Shown: positions 30,323 to 47,387 of the stretch, one piece after another
Position numbering within the stretch: the first letter of the stretch is position 1
Layout of the letters: the number at the start of each line of letters is the position of its first letter
Origin: the human T2T-CHM13v2.0 reference genome, Homo sapiens
DNA length: 64,000 bases
Assembly (NCBI RefSeq): GCF_009914755.1
Contig: NC_060933.1
Direction: 5' to 3' (one strand)
Notes under the pieces: model-generated
Told to the model about the DNA's origin: nothing
Database searches by the model: none
What the model saw: the letters and a program-made list of their open reading frames with translations, nothing else
Made by a program: the position numbers and the translations under genes

Positions 30323-30947
30323 CCCAACTGATCTTTGATAAAGGAGCAAACGCAACACAGTGAAGTAAAGACAGTCTTTCAACAGATGGTGCTGGAACAA
30401 CTGGATGTCCACATGCAAAAAATTAAATCTGGGCATAGACCTTACACCCTTCACAAAAATTAATTCAAAATGGATTATGGACCTAAACAGAAACACAAAA
30501 CTAAAAAATTCTTAGAAGATAACATGGGAGAAAACCTAGATGACATTGGGTGTAGTGATGATGTTTTATATAGAACACCAAAGGCATGATTCACGAAATA
30601 ATTGATAATCAAGACTTCACTATAACTAAAAACTTCTTCTTTGTAAAAGATAATGTCAAGATAACGAAAAGGCAAACCACAGACTGGGAGAAAGTATTTG
30701 CAGAAGACATCTGAAAAAGCATTATTATCTAAAATATACTGAACTTAAAACTCAACAATAAACAAACAATCCAGTTCAAAAATGGGCCAAAGACCTTAAC
30801 AGATACCTCACCAAAGAAAATATACAGTTGGCAAATAAGCATATAAAAATATGCTATACATCGTATGTCACTAGGGGGATGCAAATTAAAACAACAGTGA
30901 GATACCACTACACATCTATTAGAATGGTCAAAATCCAAACGCTGACA
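30323..30947 (+). mobile_element. Old L1M (L1MC-like) ORF2 fragment
   Basis: 'ccaactgatctttgataaaggagc...agatggtgctggaacaactgg...cacaaaaattaattcaaaatggatt...atgcaaattaaaacaacagtgagataccac'. Confidence 0.8.
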
Positions 30948-32209
30948 TCATGCCACTCTAACTTATGTGCAACATTCAGTAATTTATGTAAAAAAGAATA
31001 AACCAGTCTTTATTTACAGGTTGGATGACATTGGACGTAACTTTACTATTCTAATTACAGCTTGAAGATTCTTGTATGGATAACTTTTCTATTATTTTGA
31101 ATTTGCACTGAGAAATTAAATTTTATATAGTTGAAACAAGCACAAACTAATTAAATACCGTGACTAGGGAAGGAAGTTTCAACGGTAATTTAAATCTGAG
31201 ACATTGTTTTTCAGATAGGGTTTGGTCATAGAATAAACTCACCCTGTTGTCTTATTTCCCAGTGCTGTCTAAAAGAGGGAGAGATTATTTCATCATCCAA
31301 CAGATAATTCCGAAATGTAACAAATGCTGACAGAAGTGACAAGCATTTCATTTTCTTTGAATGGATTCCAAAGTTCATTCCACTTGCTGCATATATTTCT
31401 TGTTCACCAGATAACTGCTCCAAAGAGTGTAAAGTCTGATAGCAATTGTGGTGTAAAATTGTTATGCACACTAAATACTTTACCTATGACCTCTGCCTCG
31501 TGTACCAAAGGAGGGATAAGGAGCTGAACTTCTCGTGCCTGGAAGAGGAAACTAACTTAAACAAGTTCCAGACTGGTGGCTGCAGTGAAGGAAATATCAA
31601 TTTTTCTCAAGTTTATCTAGGATTATTCAAGTATTTCCTACACAAAACTTTTACAAGAATTTTTTTTTAATCACCAGTATCAAAATTTTCCATAGGCAGT
31701 TAAATACCTAAGAGGATATGATAAGAGGATAGGATTTTTGCTTTTTGGAGTGAGTAAAGAAGGGAAACTTCCGCTTTTATTTTGCCTGTTGTCATTGGAA
31801 TTTCACCATAGCCAAGTGCCTTGTCCTGGCCTACTGCCATGAGTAGGCATTCTTTAGTAACTGAACATTAGCCAGAGATTCCCTCAATCCACTGAATAAC
31901 AAACTCGTCTCATGTAGAAATGACAGAGAGTTGATCAGTATTTTCACAACGCATCTATAGAAGAAAAAAATATGAGGCAGCAATATTATTTCTTGAAAGT
32001 AGTGACCTCTGGCTTGAGATTTCATCCGTATATCTAAAAATCACGTATTAAATACCTGGACTATTCAGAACATGGCCAAACTCAGAAAGTAATTAAAATG
32101 GCAGTCATAAAAATCACTGTAACTAACTCACGAAAGGCCCTTTGGTCTCCTGTTTTGGGTCTATTGTTCTAACTTTGCATTTCATACTAAGCAGGTTGAT
32201 TAATTGACA

Positions 32210-32309
32210 CAGGTTGAATCTCCCTTCTCTGAAATGATTGGCACCAGAAGTCTTTTGTATTTTAGGGCATTTTGGATGTCAGATTTTCAGATTAGGGGTA
32301 TTTAATCTC
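32210..32309. mobile_element. Tigger4/MER46-like MITE, internally deleted
   Basis: Termini caggttgaatctcccttctctgaaatg and cagattttcagattaggggtatttaatct. Confidence 0.6.
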
Positions 32310-32792
32310 TGTGGCTCAAAGATTTTAAAGTAGCCCCTATGATCCTCACCTCCTGGTCTTTATAGCCTGGTGTTCATAATCCTTTCCCTTGAGTGTGGGC
32401 AGAATCTGTGACTGCTTCTAACCAATAGAATATGGCAAAGACGACAGGATATTATTCCTCTGATGATGTTGTGTAAGACACCCTCATACTAGAAGATTTG
32501 CTTGAGAGTCTTGCTCTCCTTCCTACTGGCTTTGAAGAAGCCAGCTACCATGAGTTTTACAGCCACAGGCCATGAATTCTTCCAACAACCTGTAAACTAA
32601 GAAGTGAACACTTCCCCTGATGAGTCATCAGAGGAGAACCCAGCCCTTTCTGACACTTCTATTTCAGCCTTGCAAAGCACCTGGCCAAGCTATGCACACG
32701 GTCCTGACCCACAGAAACTGTGAATTTATAAATGTGTATTATTATTAGCCACTAAGTTTGTGGTAATTTGTTATGCAGCATGGAAAACTAAC
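32310..32792 (+). mobile_element. MLT1 (F/G-like) solo LTR
   Basis: 'cttctaaccaatagaatatggcaaag', 'ctgacccacagaaactgtga' and the 3' end 'gtggtaatttgttatgcagcatggaaaactaacaca'. Confidence 0.75.
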
Positions 32793-34067
32793 ACAATTGG
32801 TTTCTTAAACTATGAAACAAAGACATTGCTACTTGAATCAGGTAGGTACTGATAGCAACGAGAGAAGAGACAACTGACAAGGAGACAAAATTATCGAGAA
32901 ATTATTAAAAAAACACTAGCTGTCTAAATCAATTTGGTATAGAAATGAATAGCCTTATACATCAGTATAATCTTTGAAAGCATAATTGAGTAACAAATGT
33001 GTGCATAATTATGACTCCAAGTTTACAAGCATTGGTTATGTCATGTAAAATACATGCTGTACAAGAAGGTAGAGATCTATGTAATACAATTGGGAAAAAA
33101 AGTTTCACAATTATTGATGTGGCGTTGGATGTGTTTGACCATGGAACATGGAATAGTTTGAGAATTTAAAATTTATTCTAGGATTAAATGAAGGCATCAT
33201 AAAATAAGTATTTATGGTCAAAGAATTACATATCCCTTTCTCACAGTGTGATATGTCAAAATCCTTATAGAATAGTAAGTAAATATTTTAAGTTATGATA
33301 AAAGCTTGAGCTGAGAATTCAAGTACCACGTATTTCTGTGCAGCCTGGACAACCTGGCCTCTGCTTCCAAGGAGAAAATATTCCTGGAATTGTAAACAAG
33401 ACAGAATGGCTAATGATGGTTGTGGACCATAGGCTGGTTTTTCCTTAGATTGTAAGGTATGAGAGGAAGAGATCTTCTTGGTCTGTGAAACAGCTAGTAA
33501 GGAAACAACTACTATTGAGTTCTTATTTTTAAAAAAGCACAAAACTTGAAGCATGTTTCTATAACCTTCCTATAAACTTGCTTGAGGTTTGCTTTTTTTG
33601 GTCTTCTCTGCATCTCTTGACATTTGAAGTAGGATGATATCATGTGAGTAAATGCTGGCAATGTCCTTGATCAGGAATTTGAAGCTTTGTTGCCTAGTCC
33701 CTACCCAAATACATCCTAGTCATGTCACCTGCCTGAGACTTCATTTTGCCGACTGTAGAATGGGTATGTAATGCCCCACCATAAAAGTAGACTTTGCATT
33801 TCAGTCCCTTTGACAGAACTGCTTAAAAAAATTATTGCAATATATTTTGTGATTGGTTCTGATTTAAAATAAAAGTTGTCTAACATGTTTAATGAGATCT
33901 GTAGGATGAAAAGTTTGAGCGGGATCTCTTTCTGTAATTTGGAATTGCATTTCACATTTTATAAAACACTTTTCCTTGCATCCAGTCACTTGATCTTCTT
34001 GGTCATTGGTCATGCTGGGAAATTATTATTATCATATTGTGCCAGCAGTGCCTTCTTATCACTGTAC

Positions 34068-34068
34068 A

Positions 34069-34099
<31 letters not shown>

Positions 34100-34112
34100 C
34101 ACAAACACACAC
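34068..34112. repeat. (CA)n microsatellite, imperfect at the 3' side
   Basis: Read directly. Confidence 0.95.
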
Positions 34113-36049
34113 AAACGTGAACATATATATTATTGACGATAAGGATGGGTTTGTCCAGTACCCCATAACTGGTAAATGGTGGAACCAGGACCCAGACTCA
34201 AGACTTTCAACTCTAAATCCCATGTCTAACTCTGGAATACTTCAGTGGAAAGATAGCACTAGTGGAAGTGGTCATCTCTTGAGAGCAAAATTGTTTCTGG
34301 GTCACCATGCTGCATTTTCATCAGCAACTGTCATGTGGTGTTCCCAGTAAGTAACTCACATTTGGAGTGATGCAGCCCCTCAGTCATGGGCCTAACTAAC
34401 TTCTCTCTGTTGATGCAGAGTTCTAGGCACACAGGGAAGCCCTTGTCATTATCTTCTTTCTAGTAACTACTCTCCATGGAGTACAGTCCTTATAGATGAT
34501 GGTGAAAACACAATGTTTATCATTGTTCCTGGAGCCCTGAAGCTAAATAACTCCTATTTAAGGTATTGTTACTCTGAAAAACTGCATCAGATTTTAAATG
34601 AATTTCAAAGGTGTAAACCTGACCTGTCCATAGGTTCACATTGGGACTATTCAGTCTTTAAATGATTTATTTAAAGATCTAAAGGGCTTAAATACCCAAA
34701 TATAGTTAAGATCTTGATAAGATTGCACAGTAATGTGTATAATGTGGTCCCTGTTTTGGAATAAAAAGAAAGAAAAAAATTTAAATATGTGTATACATTT
34801 ATATGATCATAGAGAAACATAAAAAAGGAAGCCAGATTATTTATTTGGGTACACAAGAAAAGTTGGAATTTATTGGCTTCTTTTTAATATATATTTGGAC
34901 TTTCTTCCCTGTAACAAGGATAAAATAGTAAGTTTGTAATTTAAAATTATACAATAAATATGTAATAAGAAGGAAGGATGGCAGAAAAAAAGCAGGTAGG
35001 GAAGGAAGGAAAATGAAAGTTATTCTTACAGTTCACTTGGACCTCATTTGCTAATTCAGAGACATATTTTATCTTGTCACTAAGAAGGAAATAAAAATAT
35101 GTCATGTATAATTATGCAATGTATATATCCCGTGTTTCAAAAAATTTATTTAAATGCCATTTATACATTTTTGTGATATCTATTGCTTATGTTACTGAAA
35201 TTTAAGAACATGAGGTTTTGATGGGTACTGTAGAGTGTGAAAAATATGTGATAAAGCCATTTATTCATTCATCCTTAGAGCTAGGTACAGAGGGACGGAA
35301 GATAAACAAAATATCATGCCTGCTCCTTGAGGCACAAAAAAAGAGAAACCCTAGGAAAGCTGAGAGGCTGTTTAACACAGATGATAAGTAGTTGGTACAC
35401 CCACCACCAGCACAACTCCTTTTCCCCCCAACACATACATTCATGTAAAATCTGGAGTTGATTGTGTTACTTTTTCATACGGTTCCAGAACATCCTTCAG
35501 AGTCCCACTCAACCCTACACACCGGCAGTCTTTAGGAATTAGTTGGCACTGGCATTCAGTCAGTAGTAGAATTGAGAAGTTCCTGGGATTTTGAATTCTA
35601 TGGGGTCTTTCCTGTCTGGCTTATCCCTTGTGCTTCCTCAGTGGCAAATGAAAACATGAACTATGCAAGTGACCTTTGATGAGACGCTATCTGGGAACAT
35701 AATTGTCTTCAAATAGGTATACTCTAGAAGATGAATTTACTTTTACTAGATGAGAAAGGATGCAAATAGGTGAAAATCACTGGAAGACAACTCTTAGAGG
35801 ATTTTCAGATATATTTTTAAGGGAAAATAGTGCAATAATTAGAGCTGCGCCATTAGGTGGTGAGTTCTTTATTGACAAAGCTACTTGAATGGATTCTGGC
35901 AGCAGCAAACTGCCGGGGATATTAGAAAGGGAAGATTCATGGGTCAACCCTCCTTGGTGCTTTCACTATATTTTGTACATATTCTTTATGGTTTCTTTAC
36001 TTTATTGTTTTGTAATTATCTGCTTATCTATTTTCCTATGTATTTGATG

Positions 36050-36210
36050 ATGATGATTAATTTGCTGAACACCGTTATGGGCCAGGCAGCATTAAGGGCT
36101 GTTGGCATCGTTTTTCATTCGCTACAAGAGTGTGAAGCAGAAAGGATCTCCATTCAACTAGTGAGGAAACTGAGGCTTGGGAAGGTTAAATAGCTTGCTT
36201 AGGTCACACT
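36050..36210 (-). mobile_element. MIR SINE fragment
   Basis: 'gtgaggaaactgaggcttgggaaggttaaatagcttgcttaggtcacac'. Confidence 0.65.
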
Positions 36211-39200
36211 GTTAGCACCTTTGTGCTCTTTATCGCTGTACAGGTTCCCAAGACAATTAGTGGCTGAGCAATGCTTGGATGAGAATGGTAATAGGCTTGA
36301 GTAAATGGGAAAAGCTGTATCCTAAGTAAATCGTTTATATTTCCCACCAGCTAATTGGAGACAGGCGTTAAGAGGAAGGAATTAGTTCCACTCCACAGTT
36401 GCCAGGCTGAGTTGTGTACTGCTTCCAACTGAGGTGGGAGCTGGGGAGTGAGGGGATGCATGAGAACATTGTTCTAATTGAGATCGTAGAGAAAATTTGC
36501 TCTCAAAATGGCTGTGGATAGTCACACTGCAAATTTGTTTGAGTTAATTTCATTAATTAAAAAACCTTAAGTATTAGATAAATTTTACCATTGTCATTCA
36601 CAAAGCAGCAGACTTCCCAGTTGATCTAAGCTGGTTCTATAGAAGGCTATGTGGTGTCTGTATAAGATTTTTCTCAAGACAACTAGCAAGCAAATACAAA
36701 TTCTTATATCAGGCCAGTTCCTACAAACCTAAGAAGCCTTTTTATATATTCCAGAGGGCAAGATTTAACGCCCTTTTCCACCCCCAATTTGGTAAAATTA
36801 AATAAATAAATAAAACTTAAAAGTTACAGATATGTCATAGTTTGAAATATGTATGCCCTTCTTATTCCTCATCCATGGAGCTCCCTGCAACTGTATAGGG
36901 TAAAAGCCTGATAGCAACTAATTTTTACTAGGAAATTAACTCCTTCAGCTCCCACCATTATACATGTCTTCCACTCTATTATAGAACTGTGTTTGGCAAG
37001 ATATGTTTTTTTAAAAAAAACTCCTCAAGTTTCTTTCTTTTATGCTGGCCAGTTCTGTGGACTTTTAAACTCTCTGAGAACTACCTTTTGAAAGGTTTTT
37101 GTACTCTAGCATGTATTATTCAATAAGTCATTCTCAACAAGTAAGTCAAATAAGCATATTAGTCTGTGTGCTGCATTTTAAAAGAGCCTGTTAAACTGGC
37201 TGCTTTTTGGCAGTTTGCCCAATTAAAGGTTGTCATAATGAATCTATCTAGAACAAGAATGAGCCTGGTCAGGTTTCAAATGAAATGTATGTTTTTGTAT
37301 AAGTAACCTCTAAGGGGATCCAGCACTGCACATTGCATAATGTGATACAATAGTCACAGAAGCTCAGAAATTCAGGGGAATGAAGTGTAGCATAGTCCTC
37401 CAACTATGTCATAGATTAATCAAAATGGTTTAGTGTCAGCTTTTGCTTTCAAATTCCAGCAACTAAGAAGACAGCTTATTTTCATAAGGATATCATGATG
37501 TGTGTGTGTATTTTAAGTGGAATGTTATATGAATGAGTTACGCTTGTCCAACCAACTCTTTTTAATCCTTGACCATTTAAATGGAAAATCCATCTAAGCT
37601 GACTTTATTCCATGGAAGTCACTTTTCAGTGGGAGAGATTAGGAACTGTCATTGTGACCAGCACACTCTTGCACTTTAAACAGAGGACTCTTATTATGCT
37701 TGTCTGAATTATGTCCTTTATTTTGTTAATCAGAGTGCCTATTTCAACCCGATTTCAAGCCAGGCTTTTATTGATTGTTCCCAAACTGGGAGATAATTCA
37801 GCTATTTACAAGATAAGCATTGATTTCTGGCACTGAGTCTAACAGCAGCTTTCTCCAAATTTGAACCCATTAAATAAATCCTGCTGAAGAATTATAACTG
37901 TTGTTTGAAATGTGACTAAAAATTTGACTAAAATAATTATTGCATATTAATTTTTAAGTATTAAGCTTATTGTTTGCTCCCGTCCATTTGATAACCATTC
38001 TCCTTGGCTTAACAAACTGCTGGTTCTTCCCATCAGTGTTCATAAATTCCATGACAAGACTGGAAAGACCAGTTCTGACCACCCACCAATAAGTGGCGCT
38101 ATGTCTTTGCCATTCCAGAGAAGTGGGTTTTGCTCCATCGTACCCCTAGGGCACATGAACCTACTTGTTTTCTTGTTAACTGGCCTACAGGTGTCAAAAT
38201 AATCCAAATTTCCACAAGAAATCTAGAATGATGTTACAAGTAAGCAGATGAAAATTATCCTCTCATAATTGTTTTTACAGTGGTAAAGGGAACAGCAGAG
38301 GACTCCAAAAGAAATATTTAGGTCATATATTTCTGCTGGCAGGTGCCAGTTGAGGACTGGGTTCAGACTGGAATGCTTATGAGCAGGCCTAGATAGTTTG
38401 TATGGGTGGCTGCTTGCCAGGCAGTCATCTGGTCCCGGGGATAGGGGTCAGGGAAAGAAGAAACTGGCTGCTTGACCTTCCCCTGTTCCTATGCACCCTC
38501 TGAAAAATTGCTAGTAGGAGCTTCTGTTGATGTGCTTCAGCACTCCAGAGCTCCTGTCTTGTCCAGCCACCCTCAACCCTTGAGACTGAGGAGGACAGGC
38601 CCTGCATTGACTGGGAGGCCCAGAGAGGAAACTGGGAGACTGATGGCATCTCAGGCGACAGAGACCAACCACACTAAGCCACTTTCTTCTTCAATCCATG
38701 GAGGCATAAACGTCAGAGAAGGAACCTCACAAGTTCAGCCTACAGCCTAATGAAAGTGGCCTGTTACCTTGGACAGGACCTGAGCCCTTAGCTGAGCCTC
38801 AGATCCCTGAACCCAAGAAGGTTCCTTAAAGGCTCTGGCCTTGGCAAGAAGACTTCTTCCCTGAATCTAATTACCAGCTTAAAGTTCACAGTTGCCAGCA
38901 TGGATGCCCAACTTCCACAAATTTCCAGGCCCGATTATTAGTATATCACTTAAGACTGCAAATAATTGTGGTAACTGGCATCAATTCTTAGAGGGCTTTG
39001 TGAAGCTTATTATTCCAGTGACTTGTCTTACTTTATTTCTCAAAATATTTTGTTATGCCCATATTCTCTCTCCATTTCATGAAGTTACAATACAACACTT
39101 GAAGGGAGCCTTTGAAAAAGAGAGTAATAAAAGGGATTCTTAGAATCTTGCAATGAAAACCTTATTGTTACTTTAATTATAATTGTGTAACTGGCCCTCT

Positions 39201-42200
39201 GATAAGTGCAATTAAGATCTTCTTGTAATGAAATACACTGGGTATGATCGTTACGGTGTTTGACATTGATGGTATTCTTTCCTAAAAGTGGTACATTTCA
39301 TGGTCATTTTCTCATGTTGCTATCTTCATGCTTAAAATTAATTAAGTCCATTTAACTTTTCTAATAGGAATATTTGGATTCTTTGTTGCTGACCTTTCTA
39401 CTCTTGCAATGACTTATTATATTTCATCCTTCTATGCTTCAATAAATCAATAATGGTGTTTCTATGAAAGATTTATTTCCTAAGACTTTGTTTGATATTG
39501 AAAACATCACCACTTAGAGCATGTCAGGAAGGCTAAATTCTAAATTAAGTTGCTCTCTGTCCTGGGCAAAATCTCCTTATATTTCAGTTTCTTCAAATCC
39601 CCTAAAGAAGTCATATCAAATTGACTCTCTAGATTATGATTATAAACAGATCAAATGTAACACAACTTGAGCCTATCATGGGGCTGTTCAGAAATTCGTC
39701 CTACCATATGTGTCTAATGTTGAGTGGAGTATTAAGCTTGCTGAACCTTTCCATGATTTAATTGTCAAAATGGCTTTGGAAAAAATTAATAATATTTTGG
39801 AAGCTACAGTATTCTCCAGTGTTTTTCCATGGTACTGAACCATGATTTTTGGAGAAGACATTTCTAAATTTCTTTTACTGGATAATTTTTGGATCACCTA
39901 GCAAATATTCAGTACTACACTTTTACTAGACTCAAAAAACATTTACAGTACTGTTTATAAGAAGAATTAATACAGAAAAAAGTGCAAAACCAAAAATATA
40001 CAATGCATGGTTTTAGAGAATGAAAGAAAAGACTGGCCAACTTAGAGTATTTTCATATCCCTATTCCTAGTAGGTTTTATTTATGCAATATGCATTTATT
40101 GAGCAGCTTATTGCAAGCACTGTATGAAACATATACTTTAAAAGTAGATCATTTCTGCTTGCTGCAATTCCTATTTTAACTTTATATATAATATACACAG
40201 GAACTATCTAACCAGAGAAATAAACGATATAAGGAATACTTCAAAAAAAATGTGCTGAAGACATTAAGAGTGTGATGAGTGACCATGGAGTCAATGTATT
40301 AGATCTAGATTTCCTTTTCCAGGTTTTTTTGGTTGGGCTAAATAAATAAATAAAGCTGCTCTTGTTTGGGTTTCCCATTCCTCTCAGAACTCATCCCCAG
40401 CAGATTCAAATAACTTTCAAGATTGTATTCAAACTCAAGAATCACTACAGGTGTGTCAAGTCACTATAAGATTCAAATCGTTTTGAAAAGATGACCCTGG
40501 GAGTGGTGAGATCAACATAGAATGCAAGTTGACTAGGAATGGGGAAGAATCATATAGAAATTATGTTTATGGCAGCCACAGTGGGAGGACATGATAACAT
40601 GGAATATGCAGGGGAAGAGGAGGAATCGGGAACAGTTACAGTAGGATCCATGGTGCCTCTGCTAGCAATGGAGCTGTTCAGAAAAGCTCCTTTGCCTTGG
40701 AAGAAGCCTTTCTCTCCTCTTCTGGCTCTCTCTCTCTTCCTCTGGTTCTCTCCCTCCCCACTCTTTTTCCTTTATCTATTAAATTTCAGAGATTGCTTTG
40801 ATGTCCAAATCCAGATGTGAGGACATGAAAGGAAGAGAGGAAAATAGAATAAAAGAGATAATGGGGAAATGGAAGGAAAAATAGAACTACAATTTGTCAC
40901 ACTCATCAAAAGGGAAAGGACAGGCCGTCTGTTTGGACAGCCTACTCCCATAGCCACATAATTTTCCTTTCACTGGGTCCCTGTATGGACTTTGAGAAGC
41001 AGATCTCTCTATGCCATAAACCTAGGGTTTTTTGGGGCAAAGACTGACTGCCCTTTTCTTTATCCTCCCAGTCCCTTATTATTTGAATCCCTGTATTAAA
41101 ATTGTTTGCACACACTCATGTTTTATCAGATTTTCTTGTAAGGATGGGCAAAATGCATTACAATTCTCCACTGTATACATATACTAATTTAGTGCTATTT
41201 AGTAGCTTCTTTTTGTTGTAGGTAATAATAACAACCATGATGATAGCAGAAAAGAGCTATTGAATTTGGCGGGGAGAAATGTGACTGATAAACCTACTGA
41301 AGAGGACAGTTGGAGTGATAGTGAAACTGTAACTGGAAAAAAAATAGGGTTCTGAGAAGTAGGATGTGTAGGAAGAAAAAAAGAAGAGCATTTGTTTGAA
41401 CTCAGTGCTAAAGTGATGACCTTAGTCTCCTCCTTTGACCGTGGGGGGAGAAAAAAGCATATTAAACCCTGAGAATAAAAAAGTGGCTAAGTCAAGTTAT
41501 TTTTTTAAATAAGAGATTTGAACATATTTACAGGCAGAAAGGAAGACACCAGTAGAGAAGACATTGAGAAAGTTGACAGGGGAACACATGATTATTATAG
41601 CAGAAAATGAAGAGGACAGAAATTTAACAAAAGCAACATGCACCCTCCAAGGGCACTGCTGTCTCTCTCTGACCCCTGTATCTCATGGTCCCCTGCGCTG
41701 GTCCTCCTAGTTGTGCCAGTAACAATGTTAACCCGTCTTGCTTTCCCATTCCAGCTTGATGAAGTCATAGAAAGCATTCTCTTCAGGGAGAATGAGTTGA
41801 GATTCCTAAGAGCAAGAATCTTGCTTTCTTGCTGCAGAGGTCACCCTCCAGCATCTTTTTCTTCTTGCTTTTTCAACAGTCCCAGCAGTGTATATGCCTC
41901 GTGGCCCAGGGTCTAGGACTGTACAAATTGATATTTGTAGAACCCCAGTGCTGGAACCAAAATGGCAGAGGAGAAGCAGTGCTCCCCTGTCCTGCTTCTC
42001 TTCTTTTTCCTCCTCCTTCCCTCAAGCCTGCCTAGACTTTCTGTACACCCACATTCTCCAAGTTGTCCCGCCTTTATTCCTGGCCAAGTCTGCATTTGCT
42101 GTGACTATCCTTTGATTAAGGTACTTGACACCAAGGAGTGGGTGACACACAAGATACATCTTTTCAGAAGTTATTAGCTTCTCCAAAAAATGGCATTGCT

Positions 42201-43546
42201 ACCTCTTCATAATGCCCAGTTTAAGAATGCATGAAAGACTAGTAATCAGTCCTTGTTTCATAATAGTTCCTATAAGACGAAAGGCTTAAATTAAATGATA
42301 TATGGGAACCCTTAATATGGTACCTGTCATACAGTAAGCACTCAATAAATGTTGGCTGTTATTATTTATATTGTTTGTTTTGAGGAATGAGGGGTCACAG
42401 CCACCAGTGTCCATCAAACAGTAAAATTCGTAGTCAGTTCACTAGTTCTTCAATGGAAGTGGTTCTACCCTTGCGCAGCCTGTGTGTAGTCCTTTCTGTG
42501 GGAACAGACTATCCAATTGCTCTAGTGGTGTATCCTCCAATGCTTTTGGTGGCAAGGATCAAAACTGCCTCCGGGAAGGCCATCTGTGTGCCAGGCTACA
42601 TGTTAGGCACTTTTATGATTTTATTTTATCCTCCTAACATCCTAAAAGACAGGTTATTGTAGTCTTATCTTTCTTATGAGGAGCTAGGGTCAAGGCTAAG
42701 TTCCATGCTTGTAAGCAGCAGGACTGGGAACAAACACAAGTTGTCTGACTCCACGTCTCATGCTGTTTCCAGGGACATAGTCAAAAGTTTTTTAAAAATT
42801 ATTCTCTTTGAAGAAGTAATGATACATTTGCAAGGAGACATTTCTTCTAGTGGTGTTTTCTTTGGCCTTATAATCTGAAAAGAGCTGGTACTGGTTGACC
42901 TTTGATAGTTAAATCCATCACTATAAAGCAATTTGTTTACAAGCAAATGCCATCAGCCATAAGCCCTATTGGTAATGGACATAAGACATTAGTGTCACAC
43001 TTGAAAACTTGTTTATCTCATGGCCCTTTTAAGTGACTTCTGTTTACTTTGCTAAAATTGTAGTCATATGTTCATTTGGTAAGATGTTTAGCAGATTTTT
43101 AATTAGATGGCCATAGTGAGTGATTTCGTCCACACATTTTTCTCTTTTTTTGGAAATTATTTTAGCTGATTCACGTCCTGTGAAAAGTTAAAAACTGTAT
43201 TTTTGAAACTTAAAAGAAAAAAAACAATTCATACATCACTTCCTATTTTCTGTTAGGACTGGTCAAATAAGTTTGTATATTTTAGAACATTGTGCCATTC
43301 CGCGGGTGGACGTTTTGTAACACAGCTTCATTCCAGGGACGTTGCCATTCATCTACTACATAGAGCTTCAGTTTGTGGTACCTTATATGAAGTTAGAGAG
43401 GTCTCCAGATTTGCATTCCCCTTTCTTCCTACCCACTCCTAAACAAACTGCTAAGATAAATCCATTTGGCTGGGAATTAGATGAGCTACTGATGTGAATA
43501 ATTTATAAAATAACATGAGTTTATTTGCATTTTAAGGCATACGTGT

Positions 43547-43564
43547 ATGTGTGTGTGTGTGTGT
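43547..43564. repeat. (TG)n microsatellite
   Basis: Read directly. Confidence 0.85.
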
Positions 43565-43959
43565 TTATTCCTTACCTCATCGTAAAAGAGGAGTCCATGA
43601 AAGTTGTAGTTCTGGAAAACTTAGCTCAGAGATCTTAATGGAATAAATATATTCAGGCTTAATTGTAAAAATGTGGCTGTTGCAGCCAACCAACCAGAGT
43701 AGATGGGCCTCCTCCGGGATTCCTTGATGAAATTTGGGAAAAACTACCTGGTACGGCAGGGATGCAGAGAGCCTGAGCTTGGCCTAATCTCTGCTGGCCT
43801 TTTCAGCTTTTGATAGTCTCAGTAGATGAGGATGGCTTTATTTGGGGGTGCTCTTCAAACCCGATCATCTATACTCAACTTTTCAAGTTCTTATTTTCTT
43901 CCAAATCCTGATCACAGCCTCCAGTCTCCATGAATCTGATTCCGTGAATCTCTCCATTC

Positions 43960-44395
43960 TCATCTCACACCTCTCACTCCTTGCTTACTAACCCTAGTCC
44001 TTCAGTTCCTCACACCAAACTCCTTTGCACCTTAGGGACTTTGCCCAAGCTGTTCCCTCAGCCTGAATTGCTCTCTATTCCTGCCCTCAACCTGACCAGC
44101 TTCTTCATGCCCTCAGGCTTCAGCACAAGTGTCCCCTCCTCAAAGAAGCCTTCCAGAACTGTACTACCTAGAGTAGGCCCCTATAGCTTCACTCCCTCAC
44201 ACACATGCTAATTCTCTATCTTTGTCTCATGTTCGTTTCCTTCAAAGTGCTTTTAACACATCTGGCAACTGCATTTATCTGATTGTATACTTTTGTTTTC
44301 CTCTTTTTCTTCTACCAGTGAAAGCTAGGAAAGTAGAGATTGTGACTGTCTTATTCAGAGTAATGACTGAGTAAGCAAATGAATGAGTGAAGGAA
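43960..44395 (+). mobile_element. L2 3'-end fragment
   Basis: 'gtcccctcctcaaagaagccttcc' and 'gtgactgtcttattca', ending in a (gaat)n-like tail 'aatgaatgagtgaa'. Confidence 0.55.
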
Positions 44396-44408
44396 GAAAA
44401 TGCCTTTA

Positions 44409-46512
<2,104 letters not shown>

Positions 46513-47387
46513 AAAAGTACGGCTTCTCTGTTAGGATAGTCTCACTTTCCCTAGGAATTGAAATATGCAGGTCAGTGTGTATTTTCAAAATAAAAATAAA
46601 AAATGAATATATTATTGAAATAATGAACCCATCAAATATAAGACAATTGATCACTAAATGGAGCAATGCATTTTCCTTCCATATTTATTCAGAAGTGTTA
46701 GCATTTTCACAAGTAATATAGGGCAATGAAAGAAAAAACAATCTTTTTGAAGTGACCTAAGATTATGAAGTTATTTGTATTTTGACAGTTTTATCATTTT
46801 CAACTTAAATGAAGCTTTCAATAGCTCTTAATATGTAAAAGTTATACCTCCTGTGGCTTAAAGTCCAAAGCTGGGTAGTGTCTTTTTTCTGGAGAAAATG
46901 TAGCATTAAATAAGCTGATGCTGGTGGATATATTTGAGTTTTTTATTTAATTGAGTTTTAGCACATAGAGATATATGCTGATCCTCCAAGGTAGTTTGGT
47001 ACAGGATGCAAGATTTATAAAATTCTTCATTATTGGTAAAATGTGTGTGCTAAGTAAGGATCAAACTGTTGTTATAAATTCTTTGAAAATAAATTTCACA
47101 ATACAAATGGTTCATAAACTTGCTAAATTTTTTTTCCTGTTAGATTTGTTATCTGCAGTGTGGTCATTAGTCTTATATAAATATATGAATATTGTCTCCA
47201 AGCTAATTATAGCTTGTCTGATTATAATGAAATGATCTGATGGCTCATAATAATGATGGCTCTTAGCTAAACTTCCCCAAAGGCATTATTACTCCTGTTG
47301 AGAGAGAAGAGGAACCCAAAATAAAACAACTCAAGTAAACTTCAGGACTATGTAATATACCAAGTGAATACTTAAAAAAATGAATTT

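Noticed and set aside
35846-38100. Weaker CTCF-like words: ccattaggtggtg (~35850) and ccaataagtggcgct (~38086)
   Set aside because: Both have mismatches at informative core positions, and the first lies in a probable L3/CR1 relic.
38191-38239. 49-nt ag...gtaagc exon-like segment
   Set aside because: Short, with no recognisable coding content; such signal pairs are expected by chance in 64 kb.
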